Positions 1 through 10,540 of a stretch of DNA of 64,000 bases are shown here, in pieces (within the stretch, counting starts at the first letter, position 1; every line of letters starts with the position of its first letter). Made by a program: the position numbers and the translations under genes. Source of the DNA: Candidatus Eiseniibacteriota bacterium (GTDB lineage: Bacteria; Eisenbacteria; RBG-16-71-46); assembly GCA_044223005.1 (NCBI GenBank), contig JBGAML010000013.1, positions 1 through 64,000 of the forward strand, read 5' to 3'. Below the pieces are notes generated by a model. It saw only the letters and a program-made list of their open reading frames with translations. It was not told the origin of the DNA and ran no database searches.

Positions 1-103
1 CGCGTGGAGCGCCCACGACCCGCCGCGCGTGCGGGCCGGGGAGCCGCTCGCGGTGTGGGCGGCGGCGCACGCGGACGGCTGGATCGAACCGCATCCCGCC
101 TGA
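1..103 (+). CDS. 3' end of an unidentified CDS truncated by the window edge
   Basis: Frame 2 is open from the edge to TGA at 101-103 (…AWSAHDPPRVRAGEPLAVWAAAHADGWIEPHPA*) with GC3-rich codons. Confidence 0.45.
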   Translation, partial: AWSAHDPPRVRAGEPLAVWAAAHADGWIEPHPA

Positions 104-150
104 CGCGCGCGCTGCGACATTCGCCGGTGGCGGGGCGCGAGCCGTCCCGC

Positions 151-156
151 TAGATT
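151..156 (+). promoter_or_regulatory. -10 element (TAGATT), probable leaderless promoter of purD
   Basis: TAGATT lies 7 nt before the GTG at 164 and there is no SD. The same hexamer occurs at 29448 and 39718 with good -35 boxes. Confidence 0.5.
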
Positions 157-163
157 CCCGGCC

Positions 164-1462
164 GTGAACCCGTCGCGCATCCTCGTCCTCGGTTCCGGCG
201 GCCGCGAACACGCGCTGGCGTGGCGGCTCGCACGGGACGCGCACGCGCCGCAGGTGATGCTCGCTCCCGGCAACGAGGGCGCCGGCCGCGCGTTCGAACG
301 CCTCCCGATCGTCGAGACCGACGCCGCGGCCGTGGTCGCGGCCTGCCGCGCGCACGCGATCGACCTCGTGGTGATCGGGCCCGAATCGGCGCTCGCCGCG
401 GGCGTGGCCGATGCGCTCGCGGAGGCGGGCGTGCCCGCGTTCGGCGCCACGCGCGAGGCCGCGCGGCTCGAGTCGAGCAAGTGGTTCGCGAAGGAGATCA
501 TGCTCGCCGCCGGCGTTCCCACGGCGCGCGCGGAAGCCTTCGAGGCGGTGGAGCCGGCCCGGCGCGCGCTCGACGCGTTCGGCCCGCCTTGGGTGCTCAA
601 GGCGGATGGCCTCGCCGCGGGCAAGGGCGTGCTCGTCACGCGCGACCGCGCGGAGGCCGAGGCGTTCCTGCCCGAGTGCCTCGAGGGCGGCCGGTTCGGC
701 GCGGGCGGCCGGCGCGTCGTGCTGGAGGAGTTCCTCGCGGGCGAGGAGGCCTCGGTGATGGCGGTCTGCGACGGCGAGGCCTGCGTGCTGCTGCCGCCCG
801 CGCGCGACTACAAGCGCGCCGGCGACGGCGACGCAGGGCCCAACACGGGCGGGATGGGCGCTTACGCGCCCACCGCATTCGTCGACGCCCGCACCGAGGC
901 CGACGTCGGGGCGCGCGTGGTGCGGCCGGTGCTGCGCGCCATGGCGTCCCGCGGCACGCCGTTTCGCGGCGTGCTCTACTGCGGCCTGATGCTCGGGCCC
1001 GCCGGCGCGCGCGTGGTGGAGTTCAACGCCCGCTTCGGCGATCCGGAGACGCAGTCGATCCTGCCGCTCGTGGACGGGGACTTCGCGGCGCTGCTCGTAT
1101 CGGCGGCGGCCGGGTCGCTGCGGCCGGACGCGATTTCCCGGCGTGCGGGCGCCGCGGTCACGGTGGCGCTGGCCGACGTGGGTTATCCTGTACGGCTGCT
1201 GGGCGAGGGGCGGATCGAGGGGCTCGATGCACTCGACGGCGGCGACGTGCAGGTGTTCCACGCCGCGACCGCGCGCGACGGGTCGGACTGGCGCGTGGCG
1301 GGCGGCCGTGCGGCCTACGTCACGGCGACGGGAATCGACGTGACCTCGGCGCGTGCCCGCGCGTATGGTGCGATCGGCCGGCTGGGTGGCCATGGCTGGA
1401 GGTGCCGGGCGGACGTCGCGGCCCGGGCGGAGACGAGCGGAGGCGCAGGCGATGGCGCGTGA
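164..1462 (+). CDS. purD: phosphoribosylamine--glycine ligase
   Basis: Motifs GSGGREHAL, VVIGPE, KADGLAAGKGV, EEFLAGEEAS, GPNTGGMGAY, EFNARFGDPE. Confidence 0.97.
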   Translation: MNPSRILVLGSGGREHALAWRLARDAHAPQVMLAPGNEGAGRAFERLPIVETDAAAVVAACRAHAIDLVVIGPESALAAGVADALAEAGVPAFGATREAARLESSKWFAKEIMLAAGVPTARAEAFEAVEPARRALDAFGPPWVLKADGLAAGKGVLVTRDRAEAEAFLPECLEGGRFGAGGRRVVLEEFLAGEEASVMAVCDGEACVLLPPARDYKRAGDGDAGPNTGGMGAYAPTAFVDARTEADVGARVVRPVLRAMASRGTPFRGVLYCGLMLGPAGARVVEFNARFGDPETQSILPLVDGDFAALLVSAAAGSLRPDAISRRAGAAVTVALADVGYPVRLLGEGRIEGLDALDGGDVQVFHAATARDGSDWRVAGGRAAYVTATGIDVTSARARAYGAIGRLGGHGWRCRADVAARAETSGGAGDGA

Positions 1463-1952
1463 GGCGGGACCGAAGGCTCGGGTCGGGATCGTGATGGGCA
1501 GCGAGTCGGATCGTGCGGTGATGGAGGAGGCGGCGAAGGTGCTCGCCGACTTCGGCGTGGGCTGCGAGATCGCGGTGCGCTCGGCGCACCGGACGCCGGA
1601 CGCGGCCGCGAAGTGGGCGCGGACGGCGAAGTCGCGCGGGCTCGCGGTGCTGATCGCGGGCGCCGGCGGCGCCGCGCACCTCGCGGGCGCGATGGCCGCG
1701 CACAGCCGTCTGCCCGTGCTCGGCGTGCCGCTGGCGTCGTCGCCACTCGCGGGTTTCGACGCGCTGCTCTCGACCGTGCAGATGCCCCCGGGCGTGCCCG
1801 TGGGAACGCTCGGCGTCGGCGGCTGGGGCGCGCGCAACGCCGCGCACCTGGCGCTGCGGATCCTCGCGCTCTCCGACGCCGCGCTCGCGCGCCGGCTCGA
1901 AGCGCACGCCGCCGCGATGGCCACCGGGGCGTCGCGCCGGAGGAGGGCGTGA
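1452..1952 (+). CDS. purE: N5-CAIR mutase (AIR carboxylase catalytic subunit)
   Basis: Motifs MGSESD, SAHRTP, IAGAGGAAHL, STVQMPPGVPV; ATG at 1452 follows GGAGG. Confidence 0.96.
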   Translation: MAREAGPKARVGIVMGSESDRAVMEEAAKVLADFGVGCEIAVRSAHRTPDAAAKWARTAKSRGLAVLIAGAGGAAHLAGAMAAHSRLPVLGVPLASSPLAGFDALLSTVQMPPGVPVGTLGVGGWGARNAAHLALRILALSDAALARRLEAHAAAMATGASRRRRA

Positions 1953-2611
1953 TGGAACTGCTGCCCGTCGATCCGCTCCATCCGGATCGCCGCACGCTGG
2001 ACGCCGCGGCCGAAGTCGTGCTGCGCGGCGGCGTGATCGCGTTCCCGACCGACACGCTCTACGGGCTCGGCTGTTCGCTGTTCGACGTTTCCGCGGTGGA
2101 GATGATCGGGCACCTCAAGCGCCGCGATCCGCGGCACGCGGTGATCTCGCTCATCCCCGAGATCGACCAGGTCTACGGCCTCGCCGCGGACGTGACGGGG
2201 AGCGCGGAGAAGCTGATCCGCAAGTGCTGGCCCGGACCGCTGTCGCTCATCTTCCACGCCTCGGGCATCGTCCCGAAGCGCGTGCAGGGGGCGGGTGGGA
2301 CGATCGCGCTGCGCTGTCCCAACGACCCGCTCTCGCTCGCGCTGCTCGCGCGCATCGGCGGGCCGGTCGTCTCGAGCAGCGCCAACCTGAGCGGCCAGCC
2401 GCCGGCCGAGACGGCCGAAGACGTCGTGCGCTACTTCGGGAACCAGCTCGACCTGATCCTCGACGGCGGCCCCCGGCGGGGCGGCGTTCCTTCGACCCTG
2501 CTCGACGTGACCGGCCCGCGGCCGAAGCTCCTTCGGCGCGGTGCGCTGGACGTGACGCAGGTGCTGGACGACTTCGAGGACCTCACGGCGCCGCCGGCCC
2601 ACGGCGGTTGA
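1952..2611 (+). CDS. tsaC: L-threonylcarbamoyladenylate synthase (Sua5/YrdC family, single domain)
   Basis: Motifs IAFPTDTLYGL, LKRR, WPGPLS, SSSANLSG, PSTLLD; coupled to purE via TGATG. Confidence 0.93.
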   Translation: MELLPVDPLHPDRRTLDAAAEVVLRGGVIAFPTDTLYGLGCSLFDVSAVEMIGHLKRRDPRHAVISLIPEIDQVYGLAADVTGSAEKLIRKCWPGPLSLIFHASGIVPKRVQGAGGTIALRCPNDPLSLALLARIGGPVVSSSANLSGQPPAETAEDVVRYFGNQLDLILDGGPRRGGVPSTLLDVTGPRPKLLRRGALDVTQVLDDFEDLTAPPAHGG

Positions 2612-2637
2612 CGCCCTCGAAATCACGCGCCTATCCT
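2608..2637 (+). promoter_or_regulatory. sigma70-type promoter TTGACG-N18-TATCCT
   Basis: Both hexamers read directly. The ATG at 2644 lies 6 nt after the -10 with no SD. Confidence 0.6.
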
Positions 2638-2643
2638 CGCCCC

Positions 2644-3138
2644 ATGGCGTCCTCCGATCCGCTCGTCCGCGTGCTGTTCGTGTGCACGGGTAACACGTGC
2701 CGCAGCCCGCTCGCGGCGGCGGCGTTGTCGGCGGAGCTCGGGGACGACGCGGCGCGAGTCGAAATCGCGTCCGCCGGCACCTCGGCGATGGACGGGCAAC
2801 CGGCCAGCGCCGGAACGCGCGACGTCGCGGCGCGGGAGGGGATCGATCTCTCCTCGCACCGTTCGCGCCGCACGACCGCGGCCCTGGTCCGGGCGGCGGA
2901 TTTCGTGTTCGTGATGGAGCCCGCGCACCGCGCGGCGCTCGAAGCGCTGGGAGCGCCGGGCGAGCGGGTGCACGTGCTCAGTGAATGGCCTCAACCCGGT
3001 GAACCCGGTCTCCCGGTGTCCGACCCGTTCGGAGCCTCTCGGGAGGCCTATGAAGAGTGCTGGCGGCGAATCCGCCGTCACGTCCGGCGCGTCGCGCCGG
3101 CCGTGCGGGAGACGCTGAAGGCACGAACGGCATCCTGA
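2644..3138 (+). CDS. ywlE: low-molecular-weight phosphatase, YwlE-like protein-arginine phosphatase
   Basis: P-loop [14 protein letters not shown] and DPFG motifs; located between sua5 and rpiB as in Bacillus ywlC-ywlE-ywlF; mcsB is also in the window. Confidence 0.8.
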   Translation: MASSDPLVRVLFVCTGNTCRSPLAAAALSAELGDDAARVEIASAGTSAMDGQPASAGTRDVAAREGIDLSSHRSRRTTAALVRAADFVFVMEPAHRAALEALGAPGERVHVLSEWPQPGEPGLPVSDPFGASREAYEECWRRIRRHVRRVAPAVRETLKARTAS

Positions 3139-3167
3139 GCGGCCGCGCCGCTCGGAGGGATCCAGTC

Positions 3168-4112
3168 ATGGCCAACATGATCAAGAGCGACAAGATCTGG
3201 ATGAACGGCGAGTTCGTACCGTGGGACGACGCCAAGGTCCACGTGCTGGCGCACGTACTCCACTACGGTTCGAGCGTGTTCGAAGGCATCCGCGCCTACC
3301 ACACCAAGAACGGCCCGGCGATCTTCCGCCTCGGTGAGCACGTCGAACGCCTGATTCACTCAGCCAAGATCTACCGGATGAAGTCGGCGTTCTCGGCCGA
3401 ACAGCTCGAGCGGGCCTGCATGGACGTCGTCGCCGTCAACGGCCTCAAGGAGTGCTACATCCGGCCGCTCGTCTACCGCGGCTACGCGCACGTGGGCGTG
3501 AATCCGATCGGCACGCCGATCGAGACGATGATCGCGGCCTATCCGTGGGGCAAGTACCTGGGCGACGACGCGCTCACGAAGGGCGTCGCGGTCAAGATCG
3601 GCACGTGGGCCCGCATGGCGCCCAACACGCTGCCGGCGATGGCCAAGGCGGGCGGCAACTACCTGAACTCGCAGCTCCTCAAGCTCGAGGCGGTCGAGGA
3701 CGGCTACGCCGAGGCGATCGCGCTCGACACGCAGGGCTACGTGAGCGAAGGCAGCGGCGAGAACGTCTTCATCGTCGTGAAGGGTGAGCTGATCACGCCG
3801 CCGGTGTCGTCCAGCATCCTTGCGGGCATCACGCGCAGCAGCGTGATCAAGCTGGCGCTGGACATGGGCTACAAGGTGCGCGAGGCGGTGATCCCGCGCG
3901 AGATGCTGTACATCGCCGACGAGTTCTTCTTCACCGGCACGGCCGTCGAGATCACGCCGGTCACGAGCGTCGACCGCATCCCGGTCGGCAACGGCGAGCG
4001 CGGACCGGTCACCAAGGCGATCCAGGACGCCTTCTTCGGCATCGTGAAGGGCGACCTGCCGGATCGCTACGGCTGGCTGTCCATGGTGCCGCAGGGCGCC
4101 AAGAAGAGCTGA
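3168..4112 (+). CDS. ilvE: branched-chain amino acid aminotransferase
   Basis: Motifs [46 protein letters not shown]. Confidence 0.97.
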   Translation: MANMIKSDKIWMNGEFVPWDDAKVHVLAHVLHYGSSVFEGIRAYHTKNGPAIFRLGEHVERLIHSAKIYRMKSAFSAEQLERACMDVVAVNGLKECYIRPLVYRGYAHVGVNPIGTPIETMIAAYPWGKYLGDDALTKGVAVKIGTWARMAPNTLPAMAKAGGNYLNSQLLKLEAVEDGYAEAIALDTQGYVSEGSGENVFIVVKGELITPPVSSSILAGITRSSVIKLALDMGYKVREAVIPREMLYIADEFFFTGTAVEITPVTSVDRIPVGNGERGPVTKAIQDAFFGIVKGDLPDRYGWLSMVPQGAKKS

Positions 4113-4117
4113 CGCGC

Positions 4118-4576
4118 ATGAAGATCGCGGTGGGCAGCGACCACGCCGGTTTCTGGCTCAAGGAAGCCGTGCGAGGCGAGCTCGAGCGCCTCGGCCACGA
4201 GGTCGTGGACCTCGGGACGAACTCCGGCACCGATTCGGTGGACTACCCGGACTTCGCGATCCCCGTGGCCGAACGCGTCGCGGGCGGGCAGGTGGACCGG
4301 GGCGTGGTGGTCTGCGCCACCGGCATCGGAGCCAGCATCGCCGCGAACAAGGTGCATGGCGCGCGGGCGTCGGTCGTGACGAGCGACGACACCGCGCGCC
4401 TCACGCGCCAGGACAACGATTCGAACGTGCTCGCCCTCGGCGCCAAGACCGCGCCGGGGACGGGCGACGCGCTGCGCTGGCTGCGCATCTGGCTGGACAC
4501 CGAGTTCGCCGGCGGGCGCCACGAGCGCCGGCTCGAGAAGATCCGGTCGTACGAGGACACTCACTCGAAACCCTGA
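4118..4576 (+). CDS. rpiB: ribose-5-phosphate isomerase B
   Basis: Motifs [35 protein letters not shown]. Confidence 0.95.
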   Translation: MKIAVGSDHAGFWLKEAVRGELERLGHEVVDLGTNSGTDSVDYPDFAIPVAERVAGGQVDRGVVVCATGIGASIAANKVHGARASVVTSDDTARLTRQDNDSNVLALGAKTAPGTGDALRWLRIWLDTEFAGGRHERRLEKIRSYEDTHSKP

Positions 4577-4586
4577 AGGAGCCCCC

Positions 4587-5867
<1,281 letters not shown>

Positions 5868-5893
5868 GAGCCGGCCGAGGTCATCTTGCAATG

Positions 5894-5927
5894 TGCGAAC
5901 GGGCGCCCGGACGGGCGCCCGTTCGCA
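5894..5927. repeat. 15-bp perfect inverted repeat (terminator-like hairpin or operator)
   Basis: TGCGAACGGGCGCCC-ggac-GGGCGCCCGTTCGCA downstream of glyA; no U-tract. Confidence 0.75.
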
Positions 5928-5955
5928 TGTGTCCCATTCGCATCACCGGGGCGGG

Positions 5956-5971
5956 TGGCATCGAACCTGCT
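5956..5971 (+). promoter_or_regulatory. candidate sigma54 (-24/-12) promoter
   Basis: TGGCATCGAACCTGCT has GG-N10-GC spacing and is close to the TGGCAC-N5-TTGCW consensus; 50 nt upstream of the ATG at 6022. Confidence 0.55.
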
Positions 5972-6021
5972 CGATGTCCGGGCGCTCGAACGTCCCCCTC
6001 CGCGAAGACCCGAGACCTCCC

Positions 6022-6423
6022 ATGCTCGACGACTTGCTGAACCGGGTTCTCGTCCGCATCGCCCCCGGATTCGTGCCCGGGCCCGCGCTCCATCGGCGCG
6101 CGCTCGCGGCCCACGCCGCGGGCCGCCCGCGCGAGGCGGAGGCGCTGTTCGACGCGGCCGCCCGGAGCTACCGGCACGAGCTCCAGGTCGAGCCGCTCGC
6201 GCGCCTGCGCGTGCACCAGCGCCTCGTCCGCGCCCGCGCCTGTGGCGACCCGGAGCGCGAGGCGGAACTCATGCTCGACATCGTCCGCTCGCTGAACAAG
6301 CTCGATCAGCTCGAGTCGCTGCGCGCCCCGTTCGCGCTGCGGGACGCCCGGACCGTGCTCTCGGAGTGGCTCTCCGAGGGGGTGCCGGCCCGCGACGACG
6401 CGTCCCTGGCCCGCGCGTCCTGA
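6022..6423 (+). CDS. hypothetical alpha-helical protein (TPR-like hairpin)
   Basis: GC3-rich 133-aa ORF; ALAAHAAGRPREAEALFDAA resembles a TPR helix pair. Confidence 0.65.
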   Translation: MLDDLLNRVLVRIAPGFVPGPALHRRALAAHAAGRPREAEALFDAAARSYRHELQVEPLARLRVHQRLVRARACGDPEREAELMLDIVRSLNKLDQLESLRAPFALRDARTVLSEWLSEGVPARDDASLARAS

Positions 6424-6600
6424 GCGCATCGCCGTGAACGCCGGGGCGTGCCCCGGTGTTTCACGAGGTCACCCGGGGGGCAGCCCGGGGAACGTCCCGG
6501 CTCACGTCATCGCTGGCACCTGCGTCCTCGTTCGCTATACTGCGGCGCCGGCTCCGCCATGGGGCCGCGGCGGCCTCTCACCGTTTCCAGGAAGGAACGC

Positions 6601-7587
6601 ATGACCGTCGACTCCGTCACCGCCCGCCGGATCGAGCGCACCGGCGAAGTGCTGATGAAGGTCCGCGAAGAAGTGGGCCGGGTGATCGTGGGACAGCAGG
6701 CCATGGTGGACCGCCTGCTCATCGGGCTCCTGACCGGCGGCCACGTCCTGCTCGAGGGCGTCCCGGGTCTCGCCAAGACCCTCGCGGCCACCAGCCTGGC
6801 GCAGGCGCTCTCGCTCAAGTTCCGGCGCATCCAGTTCACGCCGGACCTGCTCCCGGCCGACCTCACCGGTACGCTGATCTACAACCCGCGCGACGGCTCG
6901 TTCACCGCCAAGGCGGGCCCGGTGTTCGCGAACCTCGTGCTCGCCGACGAGATCAACCGCGCGCCCGCGAAGGTGCAGTCGGCCCTGCTCGAGGCGATGC
7001 AGGAGCAGCAGGTGACGCTGGGCGACGAGACGCGGCGGCTGGAGCAGCCGTTCCTCGTGCTGGCGACGCAGAACCCGATCGAGCAGGAGGGGACCTACCC
7101 GCTGCCCGAGGCCCAGAGCGACCGCTTCATGCTGAAAGTGAAGATCGGCTATCCCGAGCGCGCCGAGGAGAAGGAGATCCTGCGCCGCGCGGGGCTCTCC
7201 GACCTGCCGCCGCTGCAGCCGCAGGCGACCCGCGAACAGGTGATGGAGGCGCGCGGAGCGCTCGGTGGCGTGTACGTGGACGACAAGATCCAGGACTACG
7301 TGCTGGACCTGGTCGGCGCCACGCGCCGCCCGCGCGACTTCGGTCTCGCCGGGCTGGACAACCTCATCACCTACGGCGCCTCGCCGCGTGCGACGCTGTT
7401 CCTCGTCCGCGGGGCGCAGGGGCACGCGCTCGTGCGCGGACGGCCCTACGTGCTCCCCGACGACGTCAAGGCGATCGCGCCCGACGTGCTGCGCCACCGC
7501 ATCCAGGTCTCGTACGAGGCCGAAGCGGAGGGCGTGGACGGCGAAGAGGTCGCGCGCCGCATCCTGGAGCAGGTGCGCGTTCCCTGA
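6601..7587 (+). CDS. moxR: MoxR family AAA+ ATPase
   Basis: Motifs LLEGVPGLAKT, RIQFTPDLLPAD, LADEINRAPAKVQSALLEAM, ATQNPIEQEGTYPLPEAQ. Confidence 0.96.
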   Translation: MTVDSVTARRIERTGEVLMKVREEVGRVIVGQQAMVDRLLIGLLTGGHVLLEGVPGLAKTLAATSLAQALSLKFRRIQFTPDLLPADLTGTLIYNPRDGSFTAKAGPVFANLVLADEINRAPAKVQSALLEAMQEQQVTLGDETRRLEQPFLVLATQNPIEQEGTYPLPEAQSDRFMLKVKIGYPERAEEKEILRRAGLSDLPPLQPQATREQVMEARGALGGVYVDDKIQDYVLDLVGATRRPRDFGLAGLDNLITYGASPRATLFLVRGAQGHALVRGRPYVLPDDVKAIAPDVLRHRIQVSYEAEAEGVDGEEVARRILEQVRVP

Positions 7588-8474
7588 TGGAAACTTCCGA
7601 GCTGCTCCGGAAGGTGCGGCGGCTCGAGATTCGCAGCCGCCGCATGGTCGAAGACCTGTTCTCCGGCAACTCGCAGAGCGTCTTCAAGGGCCGCGGCGTC
7701 GAGTTCGAGGAGGTGCGCCCCTACGTCCCCGGGGACGAGGTGCGCGACATCGACTGGAACGTGACGGCCCGGCTCGGGGCGCCCTACGTGAAGCGCTTCG
7801 TCGAGGAGCGCGAGTTGACGGTGATGCTGGTCGTCGACGTTTCGCGCTCGATGCGCTTCGGCTCGGCCGCGCAGGAGAAGCGCGAGCTGGCGGCGGAGCT
7901 GTGCGCGATCCTCGGCTTCGCGGCGATGCGCAACAACGACCGGCTGGGGCTGGTCCTCGCGGCGGGTGACGTCGAGCACTACGTGCCCGCGTCGCGCGGC
8001 CGCACGCACCTGCTGCGCATGCTGCGCGACGTGCTCGACACCGAGCCGCGCACGGCCGGGACCAACCTCGGGGCGGCCGCGCGGTTCCTGACCCGGACGC
8101 TGCGGCGGCGCTCGCTCATGTTCTGGATCTCGGACTTCGATACGAAGCTCGACTCGCGCGACTGGCGCGTGCTCTCGCGCCGGCACGAAGTCACCGCACT
8201 GCAGCTGCGCGATCCGCGCGACGAAGCCCTGCCCAACGCGGGCTGGGTGCTGCTCGAGGACCTCGAGAGCGGCACCCGGACGCTCGTGGACACGGGCCGC
8301 GAGTCGGTGCGGCGCGCCTACCAGGCGCGGGCGCGCGAGCGCCGGCGGGACACCGAGCGCGCGCTCGCCGCGGCGCAGTGCCCGGTGCTGGAGCTGCGCA
8401 CGGACCGGCCGTACGTGCCCGTGCTCATGCGCTACTTCGGCAAGGCGGCGCATCGCCGCCGGGGCGTCGCGTGA
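7587..8474 (+). CDS. DUF58 domain protein
   Basis: Motifs GRGVEFEEVRPYVPGDEVRDIDWNVTAR, FVEERE, VDVSRSM; directly follows moxR. Confidence 0.93.
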   Translation: METSELLRKVRRLEIRSRRMVEDLFSGNSQSVFKGRGVEFEEVRPYVPGDEVRDIDWNVTARLGAPYVKRFVEERELTVMLVVDVSRSMRFGSAAQEKRELAAELCAILGFAAMRNNDRLGLVLAAGDVEHYVPASRGRTHLLRMLRDVLDTEPRTAGTNLGAAARFLTRTLRRRSLMFWISDFDTKLDSRDWRVLSRRHEVTALQLRDPRDEALPNAGWVLLEDLESGTRTLVDTGRESVRRAYQARARERRRDTERALAAAQCPVLELRTDRPYVPVLMRYFGKAAHRRRGVA

Positions 8475-9541
8475 CCGGCTCGCGCGCGCTGCTCGCGGCG
8501 CTGCTCCTCGCGCTGCCGCTGCGCTTCACCATGCCCGGCTGGCTCGATCCGCAGCACGCGCCGAAGGGCCCCGATCGCTCGCAGATGCCGGCCAACCTCG
8601 CGCACGGGACACGGGCCGCGGGCATCGGCCCGGGTACGGTCTTCCGGCTGCGCGCGCAGGTCTCCCCGTCCCCGTCGCGGCTCGGCCAGCGGCTCACGTA
8701 CCGCGCCTGGGTGCTCACCGACCCCGACACGCGCGTCACGTGGGCGGCACCGGCGTCGGAGGGCGTGTTCGAGTGGGGCGCGCCGCGGCGCGGCCGCGTG
8801 TCGCTGCAGCCCACCGACAGCCGCTTCGGCTACGCGCATTCCGACAGCGTCTGGCTCGAGATCCCGCTGCAGGTGTTCACCACCGGGCCGGTCTCGGTGC
8901 CGGGCCCCACGGTGTCGTTCAACGCCGGGCCCCCGGGGACGCCGTCGACGGCGGGCCGCCTGCCCACCGTGACGTTCCTCGTGCTGCCGACGATCGCCGA
9001 ACGCGACAGCCACGCCACGCTGCGCCCGCTGCACGGTCCGCTCGGCGCACCGTGGTGGGAGAAGGTGCCGTGGGGGCTCGTGCTCCTCGCCGTGTTCGTG
9101 CTCGGCTCGCTCGTCGCGCTGATCGTGTGGAACCGCCGGCGCGCGCCCGTGCCCGTCGCCCCGCCGGCGCCGGCTGCCGCGCGCGCGCCCGCGCTGGACG
9201 CCAGCGCGGAGGCGCTCGCCGCACTCGCGAAGCTGCGCGAACGCCGGCTGCCCGAGCAGGGGCAGGTCGCCGATCACGCGTTCGAGCTCACGCGCATCCT
9301 GCGCCGCTACCTCGAGCGCACCACGGGGGCGCCGCGTCCCGGCGACACGAGCGGCGAGCTGCTGGCGCGCCTGCGCGCGCTGCAGTCGGGCAGCGTCGAC
9401 CTGCCGCGGCTCGAGGGCCTGCTGGGGCTCTGGGACCGGGTCAAGTTCGCGCGCGCACCGCTCGAGGTGATCGAGGCCCACCGCTGCGAGGCGGCGGTCG
9501 AGCAGCTGGTGCGCCGGGACGCGCCGCGGGAGGTCGCGTGA
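8471..9541 (+). CDS. Bat-operon membrane protein (BatD/DUF4381-like, single TM)
   Basis: Signal-like N-terminus, central TM (WGLVLLAVFVLGSLVALIVW), ILRRYLE and DRVKFAR motifs typical of the gene between DUF58 and batA. Confidence 0.75.
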   Translation: MTGSRALLAALLLALPLRFTMPGWLDPQHAPKGPDRSQMPANLAHGTRAAGIGPGTVFRLRAQVSPSPSRLGQRLTYRAWVLTDPDTRVTWAAPASEGVFEWGAPRRGRVSLQPTDSRFGYAHSDSVWLEIPLQVFTTGPVSVPGPTVSFNAGPPGTPSTAGRLPTVTFLVLPTIAERDSHATLRPLHGPLGAPWWEKVPWGLVLLAVFVLGSLVALIVWNRRRAPVPVAPPAPAAARAPALDASAEALAALAKLRERRLPEQGQVADHAFELTRILRRYLERTTGAPRPGDTSGELLARLRALQSGSVDLPRLEGLLGLWDRVKFARAPLEVIEAHRCEAAVEQLVRRDAPREVA

Positions 9542-10527
9542 TCCGCTTCGAGTCCCCGTGGCTGCTGCTCGGCCTGCTGCTGCTGCCGGCGCTCGCGCTC
9601 TGGCGCTCGCGCCGGCGCGAGACGCAGTCGCCGGCCGTGCTCTGGGGCTCGCTCGCGGGCCTGCCGGGGGCGGGCGCCGCGGCGCGGGCCGCGCTGCTGG
9701 CCGTGCGGCTGCTGCCGTGGGCCGCGGCGGCGATCGCGCTCGTCGCGATGGCGCGCCCGCAGCAGGGCGTGCAGCAGAGCGAGGTGGACTCCAAGGGCGT
9801 CGACATCGTGCTCGCGATCGACATCTCGCGCAGCATGCAGGCGGGCGACATGGGCGGCGGGACGCGGCTCGACGTCGCGCGCAGCACGGCGCGCGACTTC
9901 GTGCGCGGCCGTCCGCACGACCGGCTCGGGGTGGTGGGCTTCGCCGGCACCGCGTTCACGCAGTGCCCGCTCACGCTCGACCACGAGACGCTCGCCACGC
10001 TGATCGGCAGCCTCGACTTCGGCCTCGCCGAGGACGGCACCGCGATCGGCATGGGGCTCGCGACTGCGGTGCAGCGCCTGCGCGAGAGCCGCACGCCGAG
10101 CAAGGTCGTGGTGCTGCTCACCGACGGCGAGAACAACCGCGGAGCGATCGATCCGCTCACGGCCGCCGATCTCGCGCACGCGATGGGCATCAAGGTCTAC
10201 ACCGTGCTCGTGGGCCGGCCCACCGTGGAGCAGGTGCCGGTCGACGACCCGGTGCTCGGGCGCACGTTCCAGATGATGCAGGTGGACGTCGATCCCGCGC
10301 CGCTGATCGAGATCGCGCGCCGCACCGGCGGGCGGTTCTTCCGCGCCGGCGACGTCGCGACGCTGAACGGCATCTACACCGAGATCGACCACCTCGAACG
10401 CGCGCCGCTGCACGCGCTCGTCTACCGCGAGTACCGCGACCTCGGTCCGCTGCTGCTCGGCTGCGCCGCGGTGCTGCTCGCGCTCGGCATGCTGTCCCAG
10501 GCCACGTGGGCGTTCCGCACGCCATGA
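9538..10527 (+). CDS. batA: VWA-domain protein BatA
   Basis: N-terminal FESPWLL, ARPQ, MIDAS DISRSM, DGTAIGMGL, LLTDGENN, C-terminal TM. Confidence 0.9.
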   Translation: MIRFESPWLLLGLLLLPALALWRSRRRETQSPAVLWGSLAGLPGAGAAARAALLAVRLLPWAAAAIALVAMARPQQGVQQSEVDSKGVDIVLAIDISRSMQAGDMGGGTRLDVARSTARDFVRGRPHDRLGVVGFAGTAFTQCPLTLDHETLATLIGSLDFGLAEDGTAIGMGLATAVQRLRESRTPSKVVVLLTDGENNRGAIDPLTAADLAHAMGIKVYTVLVGRPTVEQVPVDDPVLGRTFQMMQVDVDPAPLIEIARRTGGRFFRAGDVATLNGIYTEIDHLERAPLHALVYREYRDLGPLLLGCAAVLLALGMLSQATWAFRTP

Positions 10528-10540
10528 GGAGGACGCCCGC

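Noticed and set aside
220..1494. Many Arg/Gly/Ala-rich same-strand alternative-frame ORFs throughout the window
   Set aside because: Off-frame shadows of real genes in high-GC DNA.
6514..6530. TGGCAC upstream of moxR as a sigma54 promoter
   Set aside because: No GC at the -12 position. A TATACT -10-like hexamer at 6536 is the more likely element.
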